A DNA stretch of 64,000 bases from Dicyema japonicum (GCA_011109175.1 RDEW01000098.1:24367-88366); one strand, 5' to 3'; shown: positions 39,691 through 52,255, counted from the first letter of the stretch. Program-made: numbers and translations. Notes: generated from the letters alone by a model not told the origin.

Positions 39691-40799
39691 TTCTTATATA
39701 TCTTGAGTCAATCCATGGTCGTGGAAATCAGAAACATGAACTTTTATCCATCATGAAGCAAAGTTGACGTTTTGTGTTTTAGAGGTGACCAGAATTGGAC
39801 AATATATTCATTGACCAGAATTGATTAGACTTTCGTTAAATGAGAGTTTTTACATCGAAAATGCCTAGAAAATTCTGCTTTTTCTAAAAAATTAAAAACG
39901 AATTTCCTCGAGTTGTCCGTTACTGGTCTCATCGCTTCCAGAAGTATCAAAAAACTTTTGTAAAATTTTTTTCTGGGCGGATAGAGATGCGTCGCTATTT
40001 TGATTTATTCCCATATGGGTTCTTAGATTTATTTGCAGAAAAGCATGGCATTTATTTGTTAAAATTACTAAAGTCTAATTAAGATCACGGAGATGACACT
40101 CACAAAAGTGACATTACAAATAGAACTGATCTCTACGATTTCTCGTGAATCATGATAAAATATAAAATAAAATACGTATTCGATGTTGATTTTATCAAAG
40201 AACTTTAAAATTCAAAAAAAGTATAGGAATGAAGTCAATCGATATGGTAATTTTGACATGACTACAAAACAAAAACATATTCACATCAGTTCTATTCACT
40301 TGCGAAAAAATTAATGATACGTACGAATGATAAAACTGCGAATGTTAAGAATGTTAAGAATACTAATAAGCTGGATAAAACAGTCGCGCGAGGACAAAGT
40401 AACTGCCGCACTCTTGATTTCAACACGAAATCTCATTGGGTTTTTTTGGACTTTTCTCTTGTTTTGTCCTCAATTCTGGTTCTTGTCGATATGCATAAAA
40501 ATGTTTGGAATGTCTGAAGTGATAATATTATTAAGAAAATCTGTGTCAGTTTGATGTCTCATATTGTTGAAGATATCTTCCTCAGATCCAATGTATCCTG
40601 TGTAAATTGGAGCCAGTATCAGAGTCACATATCAAAGAGTTTTTGTGGTTTGAATAAAGAATTTTCGAATCGAGAAGAAATAGTGTTAGCAGATTAATAT
40701 CTAATTCCATTCGGACGTATCTGCGATTATACGGAAAGAAGACATTCTCAAGTTACGCAAAGACAACTTCGCATGGCTTATTGTTGTAAAACTAATACG

Positions 40800-41120
40800 A
40801 AAATAAATCAACTAGGGACGAAGTTAAGATACTGAGTTGACAGGATAGAGAGTGAAGTTTGATCCGAAATATTTTCTTTCGTCAGGACGCATAAAACACA
40901 GATTGCCGTTCTTTGAGCATGTTGTCGGCTCTGATTCCCTTGAATGAACCATTATGCTGAGCATAATACTTGGAAAAGAAGACTTGGTCGACCAAGACTC
41001 TGTGGGTATCCACAGTAGAAGACGTCACGGGAATGCCTATATCAAGGCTACTCCAAATTGCGACGGATCGGGAAGAGTGGCGGAAATTGGCTCAAGAGAT
41101 CTCCAAAATAACATAACATA
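40800..41120 (+). mobile_element. RTE/BovB-type LINE 3' fragment
   Basis: KILS*QDR, KRRLGRP, ATDREEWRKL; TAACA-repeat tail. Confidence 0.55.
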
Positions 41121-41607
41121 AAGGATAATTCGGAAAGAAAATGGAAGGACAAAGTTTCAAAATCGATAATAGTAACCCATCTTTCTGGAAGAGATATAAA
41201 AAAACTCGTGTGTTCTAGGAAGTGAGTACTTCAAACAAGCTATTTTCTACCAATCGAGGAAATTCCTTCTGTTTTCAAGCATCATTCGAAAATATTCAAG
41301 GCGTTAATCCAATGGATTTAATTCTTGATGCCAGGAAAGAAAATTTAATAAATTTAATTAAATATCGTAAGAAGAGGCAAAGAACCATGGATAAAGTAGT
41401 TACCATTAGGAAGTCAAATCAATGATCAAAAGTAGTAGATCAAACGCCGGTACACGATTGTATAAACATCTTCAAGTTCACGGAGGGACCGGACCTCCTA
41501 TCTCATGTCCTAAAGAAACTGTTCAATTCAAGTNNNNNNNNNNNNNNNNNNNNNNNNNNNNNNNNNNNNNNNNNNNNNNNNNNNNNNNNNNNNNNNNNNN
41601 NNNNNNN

Positions 41608-41790
41608 GAATTAGTGGAAAATCGCTTCGCTTCTTAAAGAAAATTGGAAAATTTTAGCTACACTAGAAAGCCACGACGCACGTAAGACCCGGTGGCTACT
41701 CCAGTTGATCTCTGTTGCAATTGCGAGAGGCAATGCAACATCGATTATATCGGCGGGGTCCACTTATGATGGATGACAGTTTTAATAAAA
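41608..41790 (+). mobile_element. CRE 3' fragment (subfamily 2)
   Basis: Homologous to the reverse complement of 7556-7735. Confidence 0.7.
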
Positions 41791-41829
41791 GTATAAACTT
41801 GTGTTAAAATTTATTAAATTGTAACAATT

Positions 41830-41965
41830 TCAGTTATCTTCAAAAGGCTGTTTCGGCACATCAGTTTTCTTCAAGCAGTTTCCTTCTCGAGAACAATGAG
41901 GATTCCGTCCAGATATACCTGTCTTGGCCGTAATACAGTTTCCAGAAACTGGAACATTCTGATCA
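41830..41965 (-). mobile_element. LTR (gypsy-like) RT fragment
   Basis: MFQFLETVLRPRQVYLDGILI resembles FQ..M..VL....VYLDDILI. Confidence 0.4.
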
Positions 41966-42199
41966 ATTAAACGCTAAAAATATCCATGACTTTTTCGTCA
42001 AGTCTGTTTTTATTTTCACTTTTAAATAAAGATGCAAATGTTTACCAACTATTTGAACTTGAATAAAGGAATCCTCTTTCAATAAATAAGCTCCTTTCTG
42101 AGTTTTCCGTTTTAAGAGATGAGCTGCAATCTTCAATTTTGTTTCACCATTCAAAAGCATTTTAATTGACACAAAAGATTTGAATTAAAACGTGACTTT

Positions 42200-42630
42200 T
42201 AAAATATTATTATTATTATTATTATAGGCACGTACGCGATGCCAAGAACATGACAAAGCATGTACAACACGAAAAGGTAACAATCTAATTAACGTCCCCC
42301 ATCTTTTTCGATCCGTTGCCATGTTCCGTAGCGTATCCTGAGATCTCATCTAGAATAACCGGCAGTGTTGTCCTCGGACGGCCGCGGAAACGAGAAGATT
42401 GCTATGTTCGCAAGGGTCCCCATATCGTGGCGGAGTATGTGTCCAAAGAGCCTCCATCTTGAATCAGTAATCTCACATGATATTGGCTCAGTTCCTGTTC
42501 TCTTGTATAAGATTTCAAACTCCTTCGATATTTTGGTCTCTTAGAGACATCCGATTGATATCTTGTATTTTGAAAGGTCTTCACAAAGTTCTTTTCTTTT
42601 CCATGCACAAGAGAGTCCTTTGACATTGAA
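42200..42630 (-). mobile_element. RTE 3' fragment with (TAA)n tail
   Basis: SRWRLFGHILRH, FRGRPRTTLP; tail at 42206-42226. Confidence 0.75.
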
Positions 42631-42929
42631 CGTTAAAAGAGAGAAGTCCTTTAGGTTGCAATTTTCGTGTTTTTCAGACATACTTTTCAAGAGGGACGTC
42701 ACCATTACAACCAAAAAATATTTATTTTAAAAATCAGTAAAATAAAATTAAAATATTTATTTTATAAATCAGCAAAATAAAATCACATAATTAATTTTAT
42801 ATAATAAAACAAATTAATGCGCAAATAGAAATGATAAATTCAATTGATTTGTCATTTTTTTAAATTCTGTGCCCCAAAACGAAGTTTTCCCAAAAGATAG
42901 AGGTTCCATTTCCCCGGAGGTTCACCACA

Positions 42930-43145
42930 AATAGTGGTCAAACTGTACCTCATGTACATAGATGTGTTGAGACTGATGAGAAGCAAAAGACAGACGAACT
43001 TAGTGTGTCTGGATATTTTCAAAGCCTTTTATAGTGTATGGCATGAAGCTCTTCTATCAAGACTTGTGTCAGTGGATTTTTCAAGATACCTGTTTATATG
43101 GCTGAAGAATTTCCTAACCGGAAGGATTTCTCAAGTACGTATTTG
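42930..43145 (+). mobile_element. I/Jockey LINE RT fragment
   Basis: CLDIFKAFYSVWHEALL...WLKNFLTGR. Confidence 0.7.
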
Positions 43146-43529
43146 AGGATTTGTATCCAAGATATTTTAATTGTGAGAGGCGTTTCGCAGAGCTCTGTCT
43201 TAAGCCCCCTATTGTTAACATTTTCCTAGCAGACTTCTCGATCCTTTCAGATTCGAATTCAAAACTACTTAAATACGCGAATGATATCTTAATAATGAAA
43301 AAATCTGGCAAGTTACCTTATCGGAGATAAGGATCAAGAAATATATTAATTATGTTCAAGACTAATGCGAATGGAGGAGTGTGAAACTCTCAAAGGAAAA
43401 GTCGAACTCCTTGAGAATTAGCCGTATCAAACGACATCATGGCCAGTCATACGCGCTTGGAGTGCCGGAATGCGTTTACTCCGCTACCTGAGTGTTACGA
43501 TAATCATGAAGCCTCATTTCTGGAAGACG

Positions 43530-44310
43530 TTAAACTAAAAAAAGAGCGCTACAAACATTTCTGGAGACGTTCTTATTATATTCTCGAAAATAATCTTGCC
43601 CAGCATGATATACGGCAGAGCTTTTCAAAAAATAATTCTCTCGGCACACTAACCGTAAAATAAATAATCCACGGGCACACATTAAAAAATAAAAAATTAA
43701 ATTTTTAAGATGTGTAGAACTAAGTACAAAAATTGGTAATTTAATGCCCAAATTTTTATTAATAAAAAATGAAATCTTAATTATTAGAAAATGAGACATT
43801 ATTTTCAATATTCTCCAACAAAGCACAAATCCGACGAGAAACAGTGTTATCTTACAAAGGTATCTTCATTATTTTTTGTTCATATTTATGACCAAACATA
43901 TTCCGAGCAATAATACGACAAGCAGGGATTATCAAGTTTTCGCTAATAGTGTGAGGTTTTAGTTGATTTGCAATCAATTCTGAGATCAGGTATGAACATT
44001 TCAATGATTCCTTTATGTTTACAAAAGTTTCACTGAACATCATTTGACTAGATCTACAATTCATAGTAAAAATTAAATAATGCTTGTGATGTTTTTTTCA
44101 AATTGATAAAATAATCCACAGATTTTTTGGAATAGTCTGAATGCTTGGAAGTAAAATGTATCTAGTTTGCTAGGAACCATAGCATCATTTGCCAAGACTT
44201 CCATGCAAATTATACATTGAGGTAGTTTATTTTTATCTTTGCATACATATCCAAATGACAAATAAGAATCTTTATAAGAACGATGAACTGATTTATCCAT
44301 AAGCACGTTG
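43530..44310 (-). mobile_element. hAT (Buster/ZBED5-like) transposase remnant
   Basis: YKDSYLSFGY...PQCIICMEVLANDAMVPSKL and KPHTISENLIIPAC. Confidence 0.75.
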
Positions 44311-44406
44311 ATACAACCTTATTAAAAAATTAATTAATAATGGTTAACCAATGTTAATGTCATTTAATATATAATAAAAAAATGATTATTTTAATTTTAG
44401 TAATTA

Positions 44407-44645
44407 TTTTAATTTGTTTATCTTTTTAAATTAATTAGGTCAAAAAATGTCAGTTGAGGAAGCCTGCTGCGTGGATTGCGAACGAGTTCCCTCGGAGTAT
44501 GGCTATTCCAATCTTTTGTCTTAGCCATAGCCCTTCTCGTTGTTTAATTGTTAAAAAAATTTAATTAATAAAAAAAAAAAAAAAAAAAAAATTTAGTAAA
44601 GTTTTAATTTGTTTATCTTTTTAAATTAATTAGGTCAAAAAATGT
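44407..44645 (+). mobile_element. Short CRE insertion with inverted 5' segment, poly(A) and 44-bp target duplication
   Basis: Direct repeat 44407-44450 = 44602-44645; antisense CRE coding end 44445-44540; sense 3' UTR and A-tail 44540-44591. Confidence 0.85.
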
Positions 44646-44723
44646 AGATAAATTTATTCAAATTTGTATTTGGCAGGCGGCACACTAGAAATTGTCTCCG
44701 GCACACCGTTTGACAACCTTTAA

Positions 44724-44912
44724 GTTAGGGATTAGGATTTTGGTTAGAATTCGGGATTAGGGTTAGGGATTTGGGTTAAGGATTTGGGTTCGGGATTTGG
44801 ATTAGGGTTATGGTTAGAGATTAAGGTTAAGATTACGGTTAGGGATTGGGATTAGGGTTATTGTTATGGTTTGGGTTAGGGTTATGGTAAGGGTTTTGGT
44901 TAGAGATTAGGA
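44724..44912 (+). repeat. Degenerate TTAGGG-like hexamer array (~31 units)
   Basis: TTAGGG with variants TTTGGG, TTCGGG, TTATGG, TTAGAG and TTAAGG in 6-nt register. Confidence 0.85.
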
Positions 44913-44951
44913 TCCACGTACGCCGGAGTTCTATGTACGGACGGTGACAAT

Positions 44952-45870
44952 TATTATTAATATTATTATTATTATTATTATTATAAAGCACAACGTCTTG
45001 CCATTGGAAATGACAAAACCAGTGCATACCAAACATTAATTTTTTTTTAATTTTCTCCACTTTCCACGATCCTCAAGCCAAATCCCTCAAGTAATCCAGG
45101 TCATCTCCGTAGTTATAGATAATCCTATTCTCTTCAGGTCTTCATTCAGTGTCGTGGCCAGTGATGCTCTCGGACGTCCTCGGAACTTCACCTCCTCGGT
45201 TTGAAAGAATTTCTCCATGGCAACATTAGCTGGAGTTTCGATATTTCCCAGTAGGATGTGTTCTAATAGGCTCCAACGAAATTCTATGATGTCTAGTGAA
45301 ATCTGTTTAGAAGACGTAATAGAGTATAGTTCTCGACTTCTTGTTCTCATGCGGTCCCAGCACGAATGAATCTTCAGTAGTTGTCCCCGATGGAAGGAGT
45401 TTAGTTTTTTTAATGTCATTTAGGGTTAATGACCAAGAACTTGCAGTATATAGGAGTATTGGTTTGGCTAACGAATTGTATAGTCGAGTTCTGATCTCTC
45501 GATTCAAGCCCTTCTTTCTTAGAAACCAATTTCTTCTCAAGTTGTATAAGGCCGTATTTGCTTTAATCTTCCGTGCGATGATGTCTTTTTTTCTCCAAGC
45601 AGGGATCCCAGCTTTTTAACCTTTCGCCAATGCTCTTCCAGAATATATTCCTTCCTCATCAAAGTTGTCAGCTCTGTCTTGTCTTTGTTGATATTTAGTG
45701 ACTATTTTTCGAATACTCTTGGTGCCGTCTCGAGTAATCCTAATAGGGCCTACCCATTTTGCGAGACGAAATCCACATCATCTGCATAAGCTAGGATGCT
45801 AGTTCCCTCCACAATAAAAGGCTTGAGATCCCGTAGCGCAGACTCAAGATATGCAACAAAGAGGAGAGTA
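44952..45870 (-). mobile_element. RTE LINE 3' half with (TAA)n tail
   Basis: LAYADDVDF, NSFHRGQL, WSLLEHIL, FRGRPRASL. Confidence 0.8.
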
Positions 45871-46004
45871 TTATAAATTAATATTATCGTATAATTAATC
45901 TTTATATCGGAATAATAATAATTTATAAAAATAGAAAATTATAATATTTTTTACTTAATAAGTATTATTATTGTAAAAGATTAATAATGAAAATTACGCA
46001 ATAA

Positions 46005-46848
46005 TTAGGACGACAGAATGGCAAAGGCGTTACCTCTGATAGTCTCCATTTCGAGCCTCTGTCTTAACCAGAGTCCTTCCTTGGCTTGCACTTTTTTGAG
46101 GCGAGTTTGCTTCTAATGCTGTCGAGAAAAACTTTAGTCTTCGCGCGTACAATTCCAGTTGTCTTCCCAGCAATGTGAACGAAATGGTAATGGTCTCCGA
46201 GGAATTTTTACTAATGGATCTTCTCGACCTCCGCCTGGTCGGCTGGGTCTCCAGCGGAGTGCATCGCCGTCAGCAATTTGGCTTCTGAGAAGGTGTTCAC
46301 ACACGTTGCGTCTCAGACAAGTGATTTTCCGTGGGAGTATGGGAATAACGTCATTCCATTCGGTCTCTTCCGTCGCCTCTGTCAATGGTTCCAACTGGGC
46401 CGGAAATCCCGCAGCCTTGAGGGCTCGAAAGATAATGTCATTGAGGTTGCGTGGCGCGGGGCTCTACCAGCACTCCGTCGGCAAGAGAGTTGATATAATC
46501 CTTTCGTATCAACCTCCCCGTCGCAACGGTATTTCTGTCTCTGGCATATGTCCACTGAATTCAGTCATTCATCTAACTCTTATTCAGGACAAATCGAACC
46601 ATTTTTGTTGCGCCTATCGTAATCAAAAAAGTAGACGTATTCCTCTGAGAATACCAAAGGCCACTCGAATTCTCGCTGCTGAATGCCTCACGTCATTAAT
46701 TGATAAAGCCATCAGCATCAGCGACCAGGCATCTTGGATACGTCTACTTCAACGCAGCAAAACTCTGGAATCGAGCCTGAGCAAGTATTTCGGTGCAAAC
46801 AGTTGTCTACAGAAGCTGGGAGTAAACAGGAAGATTCTAAAGCATTTC

Positions 46849-46880
<32 letters not shown>

Positions 46881-48630
46881 GAACCGAAAACTAATGAAAA
46901 GGGACTTTCGCGCAGCTGTAAGAGTGGTGTCTTGTGACGAAACGCTGTTGAAACCGTGCCGTGAAGTCTTGGAGTTATTGAGAAGGGAGCACCCTGTTCC
47001 ACCACCGAACCAGTGGAACTTGACAATTCCAGAAGATCTCCCGGCATTTACTCCCACGGAATTTGAAGTAGTGCGTGGAATAATGTCTTTTGCACCAGTA
47101 GTTGCGGAGTCCTGGACGGACTGCGCCCAAGCCATTTTAAAAAACTAAACATCTGAAGCTACTGCTAAAGCCGGCCGTGCCTTGTTAACGTCTATCACCT
47201 TGCTGCTCACTCAAATAGTTAATGGTGATATTCCAAAATTTGCTAGAGACCTTCTTTTTTGTGGACATCTATTGGCATTCCGAAATGGATATGGAGGGGT
47301 CCGCCCAATTGCGATCGGTACATATTTTCGAAGGCTTGCTGCTAAAATCGCTGCCCGGAAAGTCTTCACAATGTTGCTGAAGAGCTGTTTCCGACTCAAC
47401 TTGATGTGGGAGTGACCGGCGGTTGCGAGGCAGCAGTCCACGCCGGAGGAGTTACTTCAACAACAATAATTCACAGATCCAAAGGCTCGGCCTGAAGCTT
47501 GATATGTCAAATGCCTTTAAAATGCTGAAGAGAGACTGTATTTTGGAATCCTGTTAGAAGAGAGCTCCAGAAATTGACTGACTTTTACACTCATCGTATG
47601 AGACGGACTCAGCTCTAGTTTACGGAAACGATATCGTTTATTTTATATCGTTTATTCACGCACAAACATTCAGTAGGGCCTTTGCTTTTTACAATGACAA
47701 TTGACACAATGGCACAAAGCATAAACTGTGAACTCAATTTGTGGTACTTATACGACGCTACAATAGCTGGCCAGGGGAGAACGTATATCAGGATATTTCT
47801 TTTACCATTCCAGCTATAAACGAATTGGGTTTAATTGTCAACGTTTTTGAAATCGAAACTGATCTATTTTTTTTCTCATTTCCAAACTTTTTTATTGCCT
47901 GCCAAGAATTCAAATTACAACTTCCAGCATATCCTCCTTGGAAAAGGTACACTTCCTTGGCTGCCCTCTCGGAAACGACGAGCTAGAAAATTGCCTTACT
48001 AGTAAGAATAATGAAGTTAAAGCCTTTACAAAGAGAGTTTCATTTTTGGATCCACATGTGTCTTTCTTCTTGCAAGAAATGTATTTCCGTGTCAAAATGA
48101 TGTACATTTTGAGCTGTTCACCATTTTTTGAACACCGGAATGCACTATTGTCGGCTGATGGGACTCTAAGACGATCGGCGGAGTCAATCTGAATGTCAAA
48201 TTCGATGATCTGGGCTAGACTAAGTGCAAACAACCGGCGAGAAATGGGGGCATTGAGTTGAGATCCCTCTTTGAAGTCGCCCTGCCTGCCTGCTTTTCAT
48301 TTTTACGAGCTGCAGTCTCTTGGCACAAGCAGTTCTACGTAAAACAACCAGACATACTTTGGATTTGGAGCTTGACAGAGTTTACAACTTGTGGGGTGAC
48401 TTGGACTTGGAATTCCCGTCGAACGTCGCTTGGCAGAAGAGTTGGGATTCAATCGCATATATGAGCACTATGGAGACCACGAAGAAAAGCGCCAACCAAC
48501 ACCGACTAGCAAGTATTAAGTCGTCGCACATCGCAGAAATGGAGTCTGGCTCGAGGCCCTACCTTCCCCACATCTGGAGAACCTCCTTGACGAAAACAGC
48601 TTGAGGATCGGGGTGGCACTGCGCCATTTC
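46005..48630. mobile_element. CRE retrotransposon with an internal inversion (3' RLE part on minus, 46005-46555; 5'/RT part on plus, ~46565-48625)
   Basis: Minus: VDICQ..YRC..RH..NDIIFRALKAAGFP..RGNAF. Plus: RIPKA, GGVRPIAIG, DMSNAF, ...DENSLRIGVALR. Confidence 0.8.
46849..46879 (+). repeat. (GA)n microsatellite inside the CRE
   Basis: Direct reading. Confidence 0.9.
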
Positions 48631-48959
48631 CGGAATTATAATATTGATTAAATTTTAATAAAATGACAGTTATAACAGCAGATGACAGATGTCATAGGTA
48701 ACGTCTGTGGCTCGCGACACATGGAACAAAGGATGGAGCATATAGCAAGTCGATCGTGTTTAAGACTTTTGAAAGTAATAAATCAATAGTGTCATAGGAT
48801 TAAGGTCCTCTCAATGTCACACAAGTCCATCAAGAATAAGCATGAAAAATGATTTTTTACATCATCCATGGCACAGCGCATCACTTGAGACCGGTGGATC
48901 ACATGGATAACTATATAGATGTTTAAATTATAGTTTAAGGTTAAAGTTGATATGATTTT

Positions 48960-49830
48960 ATTAGGTCAGGCCAGTTTCAATTATTTCTGCTCAAATTCTA
49001 CTTGTTTGTCTACATTGGTATTCTTGGTGGATTATGCCTCTGCTTCCAGGCTTATGGACAAGATTAATGTTCCGCTTAAACCAATTATTCATCTCAACTA
49101 TTCTGAGGTGTCAATTACTCAATAAACTAGTAAATCTTTATTAGCTAAACAAGAAAATTAAGTGTTAGGAGCAGACTAGACGTTTGACAGTCCTCTCACA
49201 TTCCTTACTATATATTCTACCAAGTTACAATATGGGTCATTTGATGGTAATATCGAATCTTCACATTCTTCATTTATTATTGCGGCTATTTTTAGAAATA
49301 TAAACTAACAATAGGCAAGAACACAATCAGTAAGAGAAATATCAATTTCATCAGCTAAATAGCGAGTTAAGTATTAAATACTTCGCAAATCGTAATTAAA
49401 CCAATCTAATATATATTTTTTTATTGAATTTTCTTATTGGAAAACATTTATATTTTAATCTCTTTTGGAGGAGAACGAAGCAATAAGAAAGAACCCGTGG
49501 TAGATTTTATGTGAACGGGCTTACAAAAAATGTTTGAGATCTCATGAGGACACCGAGCGAAGATAAGGTGGTTAGTAAAAGTGACAGGCTCACTTATGTT
49601 TAATTCGTCAAAAGGTTGACGTACCTGATCTTCTTTCTTCTTGTAAGTATGGCAGAGGTAACCGTTTTAGGAAACATTTGAAACCCGATATTCTGAAAGA
49701 TGGAATTGTCAGATGCACGTAAGATCCTGGTTAGATTGCCGTCCATACCAAAATTAAAAAGAACTTGGAGCATAACTATTTATGAATTGATTGTATAGGA
49801 ATGATAGTTAGTGTTTTTCAGTAATCCAAT
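48960..49830. repeat. ~870-bp direct duplication, copy 1 (copy 2 at 51395-52255)
   Basis: Near-identical colinear sequence. Confidence 0.9.
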
Positions 49831-50620
49831 AGTTAAATTGACAGAAGTATGAGGAGTGATATACCTACAACCACGTAATGATTACATCGTCTCAAGGTTG
49901 GTTTAACCTCCTGTTGCCATTCTCCTAATGAAAATAGCCGAAATGAAAGACTCGAGTGCTCAGATATAAATCTCGAACGAATAAGTGTTGTATACACCTT
50001 TATTATGAATTAGCTGTTGACGTAGCAAAAATGCACTATGCCATATAACACGCTTAATAATTAAATCTCACAAAAATAAATTTGACCTTTGTTCATCTCT
50101 TGGAGACATCAGATACCTGAATTTTAGGATATAAAAATTATCTGATGTATCAATATTCGAATCCTATATGGCCTATATTAGGAGATGTTATTATTGACGA
50201 GAAAGGGTGGAGTTTTTAGTTATTTTCGGATGTTCCTGATAATAATAAAATTCAAGAGGGCGTAAATACAAGGGAATAGTTCCTTCAAAATCATTAGATG
50301 AATTTTTATTTTCAAATTCATCAAGTGGTGTCAATTCTATGAGATTGTCATAAGTATACAAAAGAGTTCCTTACCCACTTCTTGTAATCAAGCCTGTGAA
50401 ACATAATCGTTCTCTCATACCGGTATAATCGGCTCTCAAAAGGTCTATTCAAAAAAGAGCTAATTATGAAGCAAGAGATAGTTAGTTCTAAATGGATATA
50501 GAATTTGGGACTCCTTGGATGAATCGTACGTAAGTATAACATTTGAGGGTTATATCGGACGATTTATAGAAGATTAGTATAAATGACGGTACGGAAGACG
50601 TCTAATTGCCGATGATATAT
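48980..50620 (-). pseudogene. Degraded intronless coding island, possible endogenous RNA-virus fragment
   Basis: Long, mostly open minus-strand frames with scattered stops; no TE motifs recognised. Confidence 0.25.
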
Positions 50621-50714
50621 GCTCGATAATTTGAACGAATTAATTTAAAAAAGAAACTAATGAAGAAAAATGAGATTACTTAATTGGATTTAGTAAAGAT
50701 CCAATGAAGAAAAA

Positions 50715-50812
50715 GATGAGATGAAAAAGTTTCACAAATAGACCTCTTTGAAGAGATCTCTTTGAAACGAAAAAGTTTCACAAATAGACCTCTTTGAAAC
50801 GAAAAAGTTTCA
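50715..50812 (+). repeat. ~32-bp imperfect tandem repeat (x3)
   Basis: GAAAAAGTTTCACAAATAGACCTCTTTGAA repeated. Confidence 0.85.
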
Positions 50813-50889
50813 CCAATACACCTCCATAAAGAGAACTCTCGATCGTTTATTATCCCTAAAGTAAAATATATCCTCGTAGATATGACGTG

Positions 50890-51300
50890 GAAGGATTGTG
50901 TCAAATAATCTTAGGCGTCGGATTTCATGTCAAATTGGAGCCGCTCGGACTCGCCAAGCCAACCAAAGACCAACGAAAGAACTCTCTTCCATGGGAAATC
51001 GGTAGATACGTTGGCTGAGGCTCAACCCTTGTGGATAACCTTTTTCATTCGACCTTGTTATGACAGCAACTAACCAGGCTCTGCTTCGGAGAAGGCTGAG
51101 ACCATCTAGATAAAAAAAATACGTATGTTTCGGTAGACAGTTTATGTTTTTTCCAGTCGCCGTGGAAACATTAAGAATCATACGAACCATTTCACTGATC
51201 CAGCTAAACAGGATTGGATCGCTCATCGCAAAGAAAAAAAGATCGTAGTGAAAGGAAGACTGTCGCATTGAGCTCTTTTCTTTGCAATTCATTAAATGAA
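50890..51300 (+). mobile_element. Decayed CRE 3' fragment
   Basis: PGSASEKAET..KKY and FPVAVET. A related piece lies at 53340-53460. Confidence 0.55.
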
Positions 51301-51394
51301 ATATAATCTCAATTATGAGATCAGACAGTATTTGTTAACTATTAGTTTTAGCATTAAATCATTTAATAATCAAAGTTTGTTCATTTATTATTAG

Positions 51395-52255
51395 GTCAAA
51401 CAGTTTCATATATTTCTGCTCAAATTCTACTTGTTTGTCTACATTGGTATTCTTGGTGGATTATGCCTCTGCTTCCAGGCTTATGGACAAGATTAATGTT
51501 CCGCTTAACCAATTATTCATCTCAACTATTCTGAGGTGTCAATTACTCAATAAACTAGTAAATCTTTATTAGCTAAACAAGAAAATTAAGTGTTAGGAGC
51601 AGACTAGACGTTTGACAGTCTCTCACATTCCTTACTATATACTTCTACCAAGTTACAATATGGGTCATTTGATGGTAATATCGAATCTTCACATTCTTCA
51701 TTTATTATTGCGGCTATTTTTAGAAATATAAACTAACCAATAGGCAAGAACACAATCAGTAAGAGAAATATCAATTTCATCAGCTAAATAGCGAGTTAAG
51801 TATTAAATACTTCGCAAATCGTAATTAAACCAATCTAATATATATTTTTTATTGAATTTTCTTATTGAAAAACATTTATTCTTTAATCTCTTATGGAAGA
51901 GACCGAAGCAATGAGAAGGAACCCGTGGTAGATTTTATGTGAACGGACTTACAAAAAATGTGTGAGATCTAATGAGGACACCGAGCGAAAATAAGGTGGT
52001 TAGTAATAGTGACAGGGCTCACTTATGTTTAATTCGCCAAAAATGTTGACATACCTGATCTTCTTTCTTCTTGTGAGTATGGTAGAAGTACCCGTTTTAG
52101 GAAACATTTGAAACCCGATATTCTAAAGATGGATTTGTCAGATGCTTGTAAGATCCTGGTTAGATTGCCGTCCATACCAAAATTAAAAAGAACTTGGAGT
52201 ATAACTATTCATCAATTGATTGTATAGGATGATAGTTAGTGTTTTTCAGTAATGA
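51395..52255. repeat. ~870-bp direct duplication, copy 2
   Basis: Matches 48960-49830. Confidence 0.9.

Noticed and set aside
40300-40700. Hydrophobic short ORFs as a membrane protein gene
   Set aside because: No recognisable motif and no micro-intron combination gave a convincing ORF.
42960-43000. CTGATGAG as a hammerhead ribozyme core
   Set aside because: No GAAA partner or flanking stems, and it lies inside a LINE RT fragment.
46159-46600. N-terminus of the 329-aa ORF as a novel domain
   Set aside because: It is the antisense read-through of the inverted CRE endonuclease segment.
50715-50812. Repeat-spacer-like pattern
   Set aside because: Only 2-3 overlapping local duplications, no unique spacers, no cas genes.
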